A stretch of DNA of 64,000 nucleotides from Candidatus Hydrogenedentota bacterium (GCA_963745075.1 CAVUWV010000001.1:128001-192000); one strand, 5' to 3'. Shown: positions 40,517 to 51,324, counted from the stretch's first letter. Made by a program: numbers and translations. Notes: generated by a model from the letters alone, not told the origin.

Positions 40517-41554
40517 CTACGCGAAATACACCGGCGCCTGTTTCACGGCCGACACGTTGGCCTCAAAGTGCTCGAAGTTCTGCATGTCGGAGTTCACCAC
40601 GTCGAGACCGTTCTGCAGGACATAGGCGTAGCTGCGTTGGAACGGGGTCAGCGGCGCATCGAGGGCTTTCCGATCGTAGTGGCTGTCGAAGGCGCTCGGA
40701 TCGTTTTTTCCGCCGGCGCCCCCGCTCGCCAGGAAACGCGCGGCCTTCATGCCGATCAGCCCGATGCCGGCTTCGCGTGCGCGGTCGAAGACGGGGCGCA
40801 AATCTCGCAGCGATGCGGTCCCCTCGAGGATGCTGCGGGAATCCCAGTCGTACCAGCCGGCCGGCGTGATGGCGGTCATGGCGAGATCGTACCAGCCCGT
40901 CTCGATGGCGGCATCGAGGACCTGTTGGGCGCGCTTGTGGGTGCTCAGGCCGAAGTGGCCTACCTTGCCGGCTTGCTTGGCAGTGAGAAAGGCCTGATAC
41001 ATCTCTTCACACCGCACGATCGCTGGGTCGCCGACGCCCATGATGTAGTACGCATCCACGTAGTCGGTATCCAGATCCCTCAGACTATTCTCCAGTAGCC
41101 CGGTCCAGTATTTTGCGATCGTTTTGCCTTGTTCGACCGTGAGAGGCGTGCCGGGCTCGTGGCCTTCGGGGCTACGGACGGGCGCTTTGGAACTGACCCA
41201 GATCCCGTCGCGGTTGGCTTTCATGAAGGGCGCGAGATGCTGTTCGCTGCCTTTGTAATAGACGTTGGAACCGATGTCGTAGAAGTTGATGCCGGCTTCA
41301 AAAGCGCGGTCCAACAAACGAACCGCCTTGCCTCCCGCCAGGGCGGCCCCGCATCCGAAGACCAAACGGCTGCTCATGAAGTTCGTGCGGCCAAGCTTTT
41401 CGTATGGCATACCGTCCACTTCGTGCCGTCGATCGAGCGGCACATCCTGCGCCGTGGCTTTCTTCGAAGCGACGGTGGCCGCGGCGAGGGATGCAGCCGA
41501 AGCCTGGATAAACGTGCGGCGGTTCATTCCGGAGGAAGCGTTCGACTCGTTCAT
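40517..41554 (-). CDS. Aldo/keto reductase with Tat-like leader
   Basis: NRRTF; LGRT...SRLVFG, GINFYD, VSSK, SLRDLDTDYVD, GLSTH, GMK. Confidence 0.88.
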   Translation of the reverse strand: MNESNASSGMNRRTFIQASAASLAAATVASKKATAQDVPLDRRHEVDGMPYEKLGRTNFMSSRLVFGCGAALAGGKAVRLLDRAFEAGINFYDIGSNVYYKGSEQHLAPFMKANRDGIWVSSKAPVRSPEGHEPGTPLTVEQGKTIAKYWTGLLENSLRDLDTDYVDAYYIMGVGDPAIVRCEEMYQAFLTAKQAGKVGHFGLSTHKRAQQVLDAAIETGWYDLAMTAITPAGWYDWDSRSILEGTASLRDLRPVFDRAREAGIGLIGMKAARFLASGGAGGKNDPSAFDSHYDRKALDAPLTPFQRSYAYVLQNGLDVVNSDMQNFEHFEANVSAVKQAPVYFA

Positions 41555-41651
41555 GGTATGGTCTCCCAGGCGGCACGGCCTTGCAAATCGCGCCGGTTTG
41601 GTCCGTGGACTGATGCTTCACAGTATCCGAAGACGGCGATTTGGTCAAGGT

Positions 41652-41690
41652 ACACGGACCGGCACGGACCTACACGGACGGACACGGACA
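41652..41690. repeat. 10-bp-period cacggac tandem repeat
   Basis: acacggaccg-gcacggacct-acacggacgg-acacggac. Confidence 0.7.
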
Positions 41691-41715
41691 GGGAATCAAT
41701 CCACGGGGATAGACC

Positions 41716-42702
41716 ATGAACTGGGAATCAAAATTGTCGTATGGGGCCGTTTTGATAGGTCTTTTTTCGATGTGCTGCGTCTCGGCAGTCGCTTGGGCGG
41801 ATGACGCGGGCGGACTTTCGGGGGAAGTGGCGGCTCCCGCCGAACTTCAGGAGATGACCCAAACCATCGCGGCGGCCTTGTCAATGGTATCGCTGGACGG
41901 TTGGCACGCGTCGGACATCGAGCGGTACGTGGTGGCCAATCTCTACGACAAGATCGACGGGCGTTCGGAACTCTACATGTCGTACGGGGTGAAGGGCATG
42001 GTGTTCACGAGCTTCGTCAACGACGCCGACCACTCACAGTTCATCGATGTGTTCCTCTACGACATGGAATCTGCGCCCGGCGCCTTTGGCGTGTTCAGCG
42101 TGGAGCGGTGGGGCGAATGGGAAACGCTCGATCTAGGCCGGCAGGGATATCGGAAGGATTCTGACGTTTTCTTCTGGAAGGGTCCGTACTACGCGACGGT
42201 CCTGGGTTCGGGAAAGGAACCGGCCGTACGGGATGCGCAACTCGCCATCGCGCGCGAACTGGACACGCGATTAAAAGATTCCGGCGAGTCGCTGTGGGGA
42301 TTCGACGTGCTGCCGAAGGAAGGGTTGGTCAAAGACTCCGTCCAATACTTCATGGTTGACGCGCTGAGCCTCGGCTTTATGAACAATACATATACGGCGG
42401 AGTACGAGGTCGGCGATGAGACGGTAACGGTGTTTGTCTCACAGCAAGAATCGGACGCGGCGGCCAGGGAAACGTACGAGCAGTTCGTGGCGTACATGAA
42501 AAAGTACGGCAAGGATGTCGATTCTACCGGAACGAACGGCGATGATTTGGTCACGGCGGATATGGGGGGCGCCCATTATGATGGCGTGTTTCGCTGCGCC
42601 ACGTATGTTGCGGGAGTATCATCCGTGCCGAATCGTACGTTGGCGATTCAGGCCGCGCAACGGCTGCGCGAGGGTATCGAAGGCGGTTCCGCCTCAAAGT
42701 GA
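41716..42702 (+). CDS. DUF6599-like secreted protein
   Basis: Signal peptide; NLYDKIDGRSELY...VFLYDM...GAFGVF, FWKGPYY. Confidence 0.72.
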   Translation: MNWESKLSYGAVLIGLFSMCCVSAVAWADDAGGLSGEVAAPAELQEMTQTIAAALSMVSLDGWHASDIERYVVANLYDKIDGRSELYMSYGVKGMVFTSFVNDADHSQFIDVFLYDMESAPGAFGVFSVERWGEWETLDLGRQGYRKDSDVFFWKGPYYATVLGSGKEPAVRDAQLAIARELDTRLKDSGESLWGFDVLPKEGLVKDSVQYFMVDALSLGFMNNTYTAEYEVGDETVTVFVSQQESDAAARETYEQFVAYMKKYGKDVDSTGTNGDDLVTADMGGAHYDGVFRCATYVAGVSSVPNRTLAIQAAQRLREGIEGGSASK

Positions 42703-42776
42703 TGCGATTGCCTCAATGGAATGAACTGCGCGAGACTCGTGCTCCGTCCGCAGTCAACGTGGGGACACTCGAAACG

Positions 42777-43820
42777 ATGCATACTATCGGGAGACGGGAG
42801 TTTATGGTAACCGGCACTGCAGCCTTCGCGGGAGCCGCCTCGGTGTTCGGAGCGGCATCGCCGGACGAGGACTCGGCTCGTGGCAAAGAACGCACTCGAT
42901 GTCTCGGGCCGTTTCGCGGCATGATGCCCATCATGGCGACGCCCGTGGACGCCGCGTACAAGGTGGACCTCGAAAGCCAGCGCCGTGAAGTCGAATACTG
43001 CATCCAATGCGGCGCGGTGGCGCTGGGGCATTTCGCGTACGCCTCCGAGTTTCAGAAGATTGGTGAAAGCGATCGCGCGCGGTTGCTGGACGTGGTCGTC
43101 AATGAGATCGACGGCCGGGTACCGTTTTTCGCCGGAGTTACGGGAAAGACGGCCGCTGATACGGTCCGTTACGCGAAGGAGGCCGAAGCGCGGGGCGCGG
43201 ATATCGTGATGGTTTCGTTGCCTTACGTGGACGAACTGAATGCGGCAGGAACGCTGGCGATGTTCAACGAGATTGCGGCGGCGGTAAACACTCCGATTAT
43301 TATTCAGGATACCTCGCACACGGCGGACGTGCTCACGGCCGACGTGGTGGCGCAGATCGCGGAGGAAACGGGTCAGGTGATCGCCATCAAGGCAGAGAGT
43401 CCGGATTTCCTGACGAAGACCGCAGAATTGATGAAGCGTTTTCACGGCACCATGCAGATCATCGGCGGCGCCGGCGGCCAGCATATGATTCACCTGTTGC
43501 GGTTGGGCGTGACCGCGTTTATGACGGGGACGGAGGCCCTCGAGTTCCACGCGGCCTGCGTGGCGGCCTACCTGGACGGCGACGAAGATAAGGCCGCGTC
43601 GATTTACTACAACAAGATCCTGCCGTACCTTTCGTTTTACAGCGCGGGAAACTGGTTGCGGAATCTCAAGATGATGCTCCACATGCGTGGCATCATCGAC
43701 ACGCCGAACCTGTGCCAGCCCGACGATCAACCGCCCGCCTACGGAGAAGTGGAGATGGAGCAGTTCCGCTGGACGCTCGACTACATCGGGTGGAACAAGC
43801 AGTGGCCGGACATTCCGTGA
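42777..43820 (+). CDS. Dihydrodipicolinate synthase (DapA/NAL)-family protein with Tat-like leader
   Basis: GRREF; PIMATP, ASEF, GRVPFFAGV, PIIIQD, IAIKAES (Schiff-base Lys). Confidence 0.85.
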   Translation: MHTIGRREFMVTGTAAFAGAASVFGAASPDEDSARGKERTRCLGPFRGMMPIMATPVDAAYKVDLESQRREVEYCIQCGAVALGHFAYASEFQKIGESDRARLLDVVVNEIDGRVPFFAGVTGKTAADTVRYAKEAEARGADIVMVSLPYVDELNAAGTLAMFNEIAAAVNTPIIIQDTSHTADVLTADVVAQIAEETGQVIAIKAESPDFLTKTAELMKRFHGTMQIIGGAGGQHMIHLLRLGVTAFMTGTEALEFHAACVAAYLDGDEDKAASIYYNKILPYLSFYSAGNWLRNLKMMLHMRGIIDTPNLCQPDDQPPAYGEVEMEQFRWTLDYIGWNKQWPDIP

Positions 43821-43945
43821 GATCCGGGTGAGCGGCCAGTAATCCATGCGTCCCTGCGCAGGTCCGCGGTTTTCGCTACGGCCCGCCGCGATCCGCGGGA
43901 CGGAGATCGTCTGACCGTGCGCGAAGACCCACGGGGATAGAACCC

Positions 43946-44740
43946 TCAGCTATCTTCGGAGAGACCTCCGGCTGCCCAGTCGTCGGTACCCGCGGCCGTA
44001 TGGCTGTTACCACCGCTGACACTTGAATTAGCACCGCTGGCTGTATTGAATGCGCCGCCGCTGACGCTCGAACGGTCGCCGCCGGCCTCATTGGACCACC
44101 CACCGCTGACGCTTGCAGAGTTGGAACCACTGGCTTCGTTGCTGTTGCCACCGCTGACGCTTGCCCATGAGCCGCTGGCCGTGTTGCCGAGGCCCCCGGT
44201 CACGCTGGATTGATTGCCGGTCGCCATGTTGTCTCTGCCACCAGAGATGCTGGAATAGAAGCCGCCGGCCATGTTCTGAAAACCTCCACTAACGCTGGAC
44301 GCCGGTCCGGTTACCGTATTGCGATAACCCGCCACAAGCCCACCGTAGCTTGCATATTCATGCTCCGTTCCGACAACAAGATTATGTGAGCCCATTCGAC
44401 CGTAAACGACCGTATCGGGCTTTTCGTTGTAACCTATGATGAGATTTCCGCGACCCGTAAGCCCGCTGCTATCCTCCGTGTCGCCGCTGCCGCTGCGGAT
44501 GTGGACGTTGCAGCCTTCGATGATGAGGTGCGGGCCTATTAGCCCCCTCTTCTTTCCCGTCTGTATGCTGACGTACTGCAGCTTGGCTTGGAGTTCGGCC
44601 ACTTGCGCTTCCAACTCCTCTACGCGATCCGTCAAATTGCTTTGGCCGCCGCCGGGCGTCGGGCAGCCCAGGATGGGGATGAATGCAGTGATTACGACGA
44701 CGAACGCCAACAACAGTAGACTTCGCGACACGTTAGTCAT
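43946..44740 (-). CDS. Lipoprotein with coiled coil and 15-aa SSVSGGxxNxAxG repeats (adhesin-head-like)
   Basis: Lipobox ILGC; LTDRVEELEAQVAELQAKL; seven repeats; GGAG RBS. Confidence 0.8.
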   Translation of the reverse strand: MTNVSRSLLLLAFVVVITAFIPILGCPTPGGGQSNLTDRVEELEAQVAELQAKLQYVSIQTGKKRGLIGPHLIIEGCNVHIRSGSGDTEDSSGLTGRGNLIIGYNEKPDTVVYGRMGSHNLVVGTEHEYASYGGLVAGYRNTVTGPASSVSGGFQNMAGGFYSSISGGRDNMATGNQSSVTGGLGNTASGSWASVSGGNSNEASGSNSASVSGGWSNEAGGDRSSVSGGAFNTASGANSSVSGGNSHTAAGTDDWAAGGLSEDS

Positions 44741-45033
44741 GGTGGCTCTCCGTGCTGCGGGCAGGCGACTTTCCGTCACATCGGGCGTACCTTGCCCGTC
44801 GCGTAGGTTTTTCGTATGGACGGAGCCGTCCCTCCGTCTTGGTGATACACAACCTCCGATCCACTTGCAGCTTCGGAGACAGTATAGCATAAGATTGGAA
44901 CATCGCCGGCAGGAAGCGCAGATCGCAAGGAAAGGGTCGCAGGACCGCGGCCAACCCATTCCTCATCGGTACGGGATCAGCGGAGAAAGATCCGCCCAGT
45001 GCTGTGTCGTTTGCAGCGAGACCGTCGAATCAA

Positions 45034-45447
45034 TTACCGGGTTGAGGCGAGTGCATCCTGAATGCGCGATTGCGTGGCACGGAGTCGTTGCGTCACTTCG
45101 GGAAGGACATTCTCCTGGATCTGACGATCCAGGTATTTCATGGCGTCGTCGTAGGACACGTATCGGTAATCTTGTTTCTTGTCCGCTACAACCGGATACC
45201 GTGCCTGAACCTGCTCCAGCGGAATGCCGCGATACACCACAACCTTGATGTCGTACCGGTGATTCGGGTCGGGATCGCCCTGACGTTCCCATTGCCACCA
45301 CGCCATCCCGATGGTCTCGTACGCGGCCGCTTGCGGCCCGAAATCTTCGTAGTCGAGGACCATCGTCGTTTTGGAAGACGTGGCACATCCCGCAGCGTAT
45401 GCGAACGCCATCGTTGCGGCGACATAGTGTATCACGGCACGTTTCAT
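45034..45447 (-). CDS. Hypothetical lipoprotein
   Basis: Lipobox AAGC after a hydrophobic leader; directly downstream of the tRNA. Confidence 0.65.
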   Translation of the reverse strand: MKRAVIHYVAATMAFAYAAGCATSSKTTMVLDYEDFGPQAAAYETIGMAWWQWERQGDPDPNHRYDIKVVVYRGIPLEQVQARYPVVADKKQDYRYVSYDDAMKYLDRQIQENVLPEVTQRLRATQSRIQDALASTR

Positions 45448-45473
45448 AACCCGTTCGCCTTGCGTAAAAGAAA

Positions 45474-45550
45474 TGGTGGGCGGTGAGGGATTCGAACCCC
45501 CGACCCCCTGCGTGTAAAGCAGATGCTCTAACCAGCTGAGCTAACCGCCC
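45474..45550 (-). tRNA. trnV: tRNA-Val (anticodon TAC)
   Basis: Minus strand GGGCGGTTAGCTCAGCTGGTTAGAGC...TTTACAC...GGTTCGAATCC...ACCGCCCACCA, 77 nt, encoded CCA. Confidence 0.97.
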
Positions 45551-45784
45551 GATGAGGAACCGGGATCATAGCATGACCGGGGCGGGGGATGAAACTTGCT
45601 CCGCGGTCGGCTCGATGACGGAATTCAACCCGGGGAAAATGAAAGCCCGTAATCTACTCAGTCGCTAACTACTTTTGCCCTCCCAACCTCATGGCACAAG
45701 TTAAAGACGGCCTTAGGCGATAATCCAACACGCGTGAATCCCCTACCATACATTATTTGTGCGACACAGGACTTCCCGCTGAAC

Positions 45785-45928
45785 CAAGACACCTTGAGCT
45801 GGCTGCACCAATCCCGAAGACTCCGGGTTCGCTGCGAACGTCGCGCGGACATACACGTAGCGTTCCTCGCACTCGGTTGTCTCTGTACCTGTTTTAACTT
45901 CATTCGGAACTTTTGTTAAAGGCTCTAA
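45785..45928 (+). mobile_element. IS5-family remnant: transposase C-terminus and right end
   Basis: TLSWLHQSRRLRVRCERRADIHVAFLALGC matches IS5-family C-termini; followed by tttgttaaaggctctaa. Confidence 0.7.
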
Positions 45929-47386
45929 GAATGTCCAAATTGCACAACAGTGATAATGTATTCGACGCCCGCGTCGGCATTTACTTTTAGATAGTACTCA
46001 CCAGGATCTTCGCAAATAAGAAATGAATCGTACGGAGGCTTTTCCGTGATTATGTGCTGAAGGAACTTATTGCTCTCGGCTTCATAAAGGTCTATCGAGA
46101 ATGAAGCGGTTCTGTTCGCTCTCTTCACGTACCAATCGATTCGCCAGATAATCGATTTCACGGGAACTTTGCGAATTGCTTGCTCTCGTCGCCACGAAAC
46201 TGTTCTGTGACAATGGGGATTAGGGAAGGTTGGAAATCGTCCGCTGCCGCTCGGTCAAGAGCAGATATGAGTTGAAGGGCATCGGAGTAATGTTTCTCAT
46301 GCTGAGCGGCAATCTTTGCGGCGGCTTGAGCGTCCGCCTCCGCGTGCCTAATTTCTCGGACGATTGAATTGTGCTGCGATTCAATGTTGGATATCTCGGA
46401 GCGATGGGCTGCACGGGCATTTTTCGTGGGCCGCTGACACTGCCGCAGCTTCGGAGCCAACACGTTGTTGATCAAGCCCTACTTTGAAGCCGTATTCATC
46501 AAGGAGGTCGGCACTAATGCTTGCTGAGTAATCGTGACCTGTTGCCAGCTCCGCAAGAAATTCTTTGTGTCTGATTTTATAAAGCCCTTGGTCCCACTTA
46601 AGATCAAAATCATCGTATACGTCCGCCAACGCGTCTTGCTCTGATGCGTTTACCGATGCGATAGCTTGCTGGTGTGCGGCGATTCGCGCTTGATTGTCTT
46701 CAAGCTTTTGGACTGTCCCCGCAACCTTTTGTTGTCTATTGGCGATTTCTTGCGAAAGCGTTGCGCTCCCTGTTTTCAGAGTGTAGCCGTAGGATGCCGC
46801 GATTGAACGTCGATAACCTTCGGGTAGCGTTCTCCATTTCTCAACTTCGGCTTCAAACTGTGCAATTTCCTTGAGTTGTCTTCGTACCTTGAAAGTCGAG
46901 AGCGCTTGGCTAGGATCTTTAGGTTCCTTGGGTTTCGGTGCACTTTGCGCAAGATTCTTCAGGTTTGCTTTTTCGGGTTTGGATCGCAATTTCCGCATAT
47001 TCCTTATCGTCACTCGCGGAGAACGTATCCAAGACAACCAGTTTCTTTTCCAGTAGCATCTTGTTCAACACTTCACCGGAAGGGAGCACCGCCTCAACGT
47101 AACTGAGTCCTGATATTGTCTTGATGGGACGGATTTCGAGAGCCACGTCTTTGGTGACTGATGTAATGAATCTCTCGGCCTCTTTAATCTTTGCCAGATT
47201 CAGGGCATCACCTCTGACCCCGTAAAGAGAAACGAGAAGCTTTCCATCATCGGTATCGAGTCTTAAAGAATCGCCATGATAGACGGCAGATATCTTTGCG
47301 GAGAAAGGTTTGTCTGGCACGGCGAGTTGAGGGCCGGATGCTCCCACGATAATTGATAAGGCGAGTGCGGCGGTACACGCGTACAT
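45925..47386 (-). pseudogene. Secreted protein with degenerate SNase-like domain and coiled coil, split into four frames (pseudogene or sequence errors)
   Basis: Signal peptide and GGAGG RBS; SAKISAVYHGDSL...LYGV...LNKMLLEKKL; ORFs 46919-47386, 46381-47037, 46158-46475 and 45925-46161 join end to end. Confidence 0.55.
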
Positions 47387-48033
47387 ATTCAGCCCCTCCC
47401 TGAATGTGGACTTCCCCCTAGTACTTTATCACACGAGGCCGCCTTTGTCCAGCGGAAAAGTAGAGTGGATTTCGGCTTTGGTATGCTTCCCGTGCTGGCG
47501 AATTTGAGAAGCGGGAACCAAAACAGTATCGCAATACGATTCGAATATATCGGGTCTTTCTGTGCTGGACTTGGAACGCGACCGGATAGTTTCTACGTCA
47601 ACCATTGAGCCATCCATCCACAAGCGGTACACAAGCTCGGAGGGCGTGTTCTTCACGGAGTCCACGTGGGAACACAGTCTGGATGGTAGATCTTCGGAAA
47701 GAACGGACATACCGCACTACTTTGATTTCGCATCGATGAAGTTAATCACCCGAAAGACGAAACTGAGTTCAGTCGATGGCGCGCGTACTGTGGATTTTGC
47801 TCTTGGTAATGATTAGGAAGGAATCTCCGGACAAGGTACCCAACCCTAGATAGTTACCCACCCATCTTATTCTACTCCGCGATCTGTTGCTTGAGGAACT
47901 TGGTCCCAAGTGAATTCTGATTTAAGACCACTAGAATGTCTTGTGCTGACGGCCTTGTACCCAATGCCTCAGCTCATAAACTGCAAGTAGTGCTATCTTC
48001 TAGTCACGATTTCAATACTAACCGTTGACTTGC

Positions 48034-49053
48034 TTACCCCGCGATGCGGATGCAGACTTTGCCAAAATGTTTTCCGGCGGCCATGTATTCGCAGGCTTCG
48101 CGGGTGGATTCGAGGGGAAATACCTTGTCGACGACGGGCTGGAGGCGGTGGAAGTCGATGGCGCGGTTCATTTCTTCGAAGGCGTCGCGGGGGCCGACGA
48201 TGATGCCTTGGAGGCGGACGTTTTGCATGAGGAGGGGGGTGAGGTTCAGGGGGGCTTCGACGCCGGCGAGGACGCCGATGAGGCTGATGTGGCCGCCCAT
48301 GCGGACGGCGCGCATGGATTGGGTGAGGGTGCCGACGCCGCCGACTTCGACGATGTGGTCGACGCCGACGCCGCCGGTCCAGTCGCGGACGGCGGAGGCC
48401 CATTTGGGGTTAGTCCGGTAGTTCACGCCATGGTCGGCGCCCAGGGCTTGGGCTCGCGCGAGTTTCTCGTCGCTGCTGGAGGTGACGATGACCCGCGCGC
48501 CGAGGAGTTTGGCGAATTGGAGCGCGAAGAGCGAGACGCCGCCGGTGCCGAGCGTGAGCACGGTGTCGCCGGCCTTGACGTTGCCGTGGGTCACGAGCGC
48601 GCTCCATGCGGTGACCGCGGCGCAGGGCAGGCACGCCGCTTCTTCGTCTGTTAAATGTTCGGGGACGTGTACGACGCCGTGTTCGCTGAGCACGACCAAT
48701 TCGGCCAGCATGCCGTCGAGCGGTCCGCCCAGGGTGGTGCCTTGCAGGCGTTCGCGGTCGGGGTGTCCGGAGAGCCAGCCTTGGGCGAAGATCCCCGCGA
48801 CGCGATCGCCAACCTTGACGCGTTGCACGCCTTCCCCGGCGGCGATGACGGTGCCGACGCCGTCCGAGAGCGGAATGAGGGGAAGCGGTTGTCGCGGGTT
48901 GTAGAGGCCTTGTATCGTGAGCAAGTCTCGATAGTTGAGCGATGTCGCCAGAACCTGGATGAGCACTTCGCCGGGTCCGGGCCTCGGGTCCGGGCGGTCT
49001 GCCGGGACGAGATGGTCGAAACCGAACGCGTCTTGTATTTCCACCACACGCAT
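48034..49053 (-). CDS. NAD(P)-dependent medium-chain dehydrogenase/reductase (zinc-type ADH-like)
   Basis: SLNYRD, PLSDGVG, LPCAAVTAW, GTGGVS, HFGKVCI; GGAGG RBS. Confidence 0.93.
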   Translation of the reverse strand: MRVVEIQDAFGFDHLVPADRPDPRPGPGEVLIQVLATSLNYRDLLTIQGLYNPRQPLPLIPLSDGVGTVIAAGEGVQRVKVGDRVAGIFAQGWLSGHPDRERLQGTTLGGPLDGMLAELVVLSEHGVVHVPEHLTDEEAACLPCAAVTAWSALVTHGNVKAGDTVLTLGTGGVSLFALQFAKLLGARVIVTSSSDEKLARAQALGADHGVNYRTNPKWASAVRDWTGGVGVDHIVEVGGVGTLTQSMRAVRMGGHISLIGVLAGVEAPLNLTPLLMQNVRLQGIIVGPRDAFEEMNRAIDFHRLQPVVDKVFPLESTREACEYMAAGKHFGKVCIRIAG

Positions 49054-49376
49054 GGAATCAATCCTCCATTGGTCGATACGCTGGGAATGGGAGCCGCGAT
49101 GAAATCTTTAGCCAGTATAGTCGCTGACGAAACAACACGCCAGGACGTGGTTCCCATTGGGCATGTGGTGCGCTCCTTCTCGTAGCCGCCGCCGGCCTCT
49201 CGTGCGCGAGTTCGGACTTTGGAGCAGGGAGGGTATGCAAGCGCGGTAACACAACACGTGATTTGTGCGCCGGGTTGGGATCGTGCGTTTCGTCGATTAC
49301 GAGTACGAGGGGGAGTACGAGTGCGACCAGTGGGGCAGCGGTAACGTAAGAAGGCACCAGACCTTCGTCACCACGA

Positions 49377-49405
49377 TTGACTCCGGCAGGGGGCTTTGCT
49401 AGAAT
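49377..49405 (+). promoter_or_regulatory. Sigma70-type promoter of tRNA-Val(GAC)
   Basis: TTGACT-17 bp-TAGAAT with extended -10 TG, 14 bp before the tRNA. Confidence 0.8.
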
Positions 49406-49419
49406 CTGGTTCTGCGTTA

Positions 49420-49496
49420 GGGCGGTTAGCTCAGGTGGTTAGAGTACTTGCTTGACATGCAAGGGGTCACTGGTTCAAGTCCAGTACCGCCCACCA
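49420..49496 (+). tRNA. trnV: tRNA-Val (anticodon GAC)
   Basis: GGGCGGTTAGCTCAGGTGGTTAGAGT...TTGACAT...GGTTCAAGTCC...ACCGCCCACCA, 77 nt, encoded CCA. Confidence 0.97.
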
Positions 49497-50117
49497 TCTT
49501 TAAGTTCCCCATGGCCATCCGGTTACGGGTTCCTTGTCACGTGGCGAAACGGTCGTAATCTCAGGCCGAAAACGGGTACTGCTACCCGGTTCCCAGCAGG
49601 GAGACCAACAACCGTAGCGCTACCCCTATCACAGCGTATGTCAAGGCGTCGTCATTAGTGCAGTCCCGGCTAGCAATTCTTCGGTGCCTTGACGATTATA
49701 GCCTTACAGTCGGCGATCCTTTCTGAGGAGTCGTTGTTGGCGGTTTTACGCTGACGAGACGAAGCGATGCATCATCGGTCGTTAATTGCCGTGTCATAGA
49801 CCTTTCGAAAGAAGGGGACGGCGGTGGCTGCTTTTCGGCCGCGCACGGAAACATTCGGACCAACTGGAGACGTTCATTGGACCGATGATGCCGGAGCAGT
49901 AGGGATCTGACGATTCTGATTTTGTCATACCCGGTCATGCGGTGACACGAACCCGAGGGCCGTCGGGACCTCTCGAATTCTTACTTCTTGCTCGTGCTTG
50001 GCATATCGAGCCTCAAGTAAACAATTGCGACTCACTGAGCGTAGAGTTTATCCTTGGAATAGCGTTTGCTGGTTTTGTCGATCACGATTGCGATTACGAT
50101 CGAGAGGATTTGGGACG

Positions 50118-51046
50118 ATGCTGGGATGGTTGGGAGTGGGACGCGTTTTCATGGGAACGGTATTGGTCGCGACGTGTCTTTGTCCCGCTTGGTCGGACGA
50201 ACTTCAGAAGCCTGAGCCAGGGAAGAAGATTTGGGTGTTCTTGTTTGCGGGACAGTCGAATATGGAGGGACGGGCCGACGGGGACAAACTGACGGAAGCG
50301 GACAAGGCGCGGCTTGAACGGGCGCAGCAGTGGGTGCAACTTGCGTATAACTACGAGCCCGTCGAGGCCGCTGGACGTGGTCGAACCCTCTGCCGAGATT
50401 CGGGAAATTTACCATCGCGACCACATCTTCGGTCCGGAACTGTTCTTCGGGATCGCGATGGCCGAAGCGTGGCCTGGGGAACGGATGCTGTTTATCAAGT
50501 TGGCCGTCGGGGGCACGTCGCTTCACGGTTCCTGGAATCCGGACTGGAGTCAAGGCAAAAGCGGCGGCCATGAAAGAGGAGGACGGTCCGAAGTTGTACG
50601 ACGACTTTGTGTCGTACGTCAAGCGAGTCCTTTCCGGATATGCACCCGATCGAATACGAGATCTGCGGGATGTTGTGGGTGCAGGGCGAAAGCGACGGTT
50701 CGGGGGAGGCGGCGGCGGCATACGGCGCCGAATCTTGCCCATCTGCGTGGCGCGCGTCCGTGAAGACATCGGAGACGAAACGCTGCCGTTCATGCTGTTT
50801 CAGGTGGGCTCGGATCGCGTTGTCGAGGGGATGCGCCACGTCGCGGGCACGGTAGAGAATGTCACATTGATCCCGCAGAACCCGGACCCGAGTTCCGGCG
50901 ACTACTACGACACGATGGAGAATGGACACTACAATCACGTGGGCATGAAGAAGCTGGGAAGCCGGTTCGCGGAGGTCTTTCTCACCGACGTACGCACAAC
51001 GGTCGAAGTGGAGATCGCTGGTGCGCGCGTGTCCTGCGTGATGTAG
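50118..51046 (+). CDS. Sialate O-acetylesterase (SASA/CE6, SGNH) family protein with about 5 frameshifts
   Basis: LFAGQSNMEG, FGPELFFG, IKLAVGGTSL, MLWVQGESD, HYN...LGSRFA spread across frames; each break is fixed by removing one base. Confidence 0.8.
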
Positions 51047-51324
51047 CGGATGTCTGCTGCAGCCATCGGCCCTCCCCCTATCCTCACGTCACAACGCCCG
51101 CTCTTCGCGAACGTTCGGTATCTGCGGCAATCCGCCGCCAATCCTCGCATCCGCGAACGGAATTCGTTGCAAGAGGTTACGCAATCCATGCTGAGAATGG
51201 GGCCCATTTGGCCCTCGCCTGATGACGGTGCCATGGCAGGTCTATTCCTTGATGGTGCGGTGAATATGCACTACACTGCATGAGCTGCAAGAAACGCCCA
51301 ACCTATCCTGGAGGATTGTGAACG

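Noticed and set aside
44745..44900. Riboswitch upstream of the repeat lipoprotein
   Set aside because: Hairpins are possible but I could not match the consensus of any riboswitch class; needs an Rfam search
49497..51300. Integrative island at the 3' end of tRNA-Val(GAC)
   Set aside because: No duplicated tRNA 3' end and no integrase seen in the window
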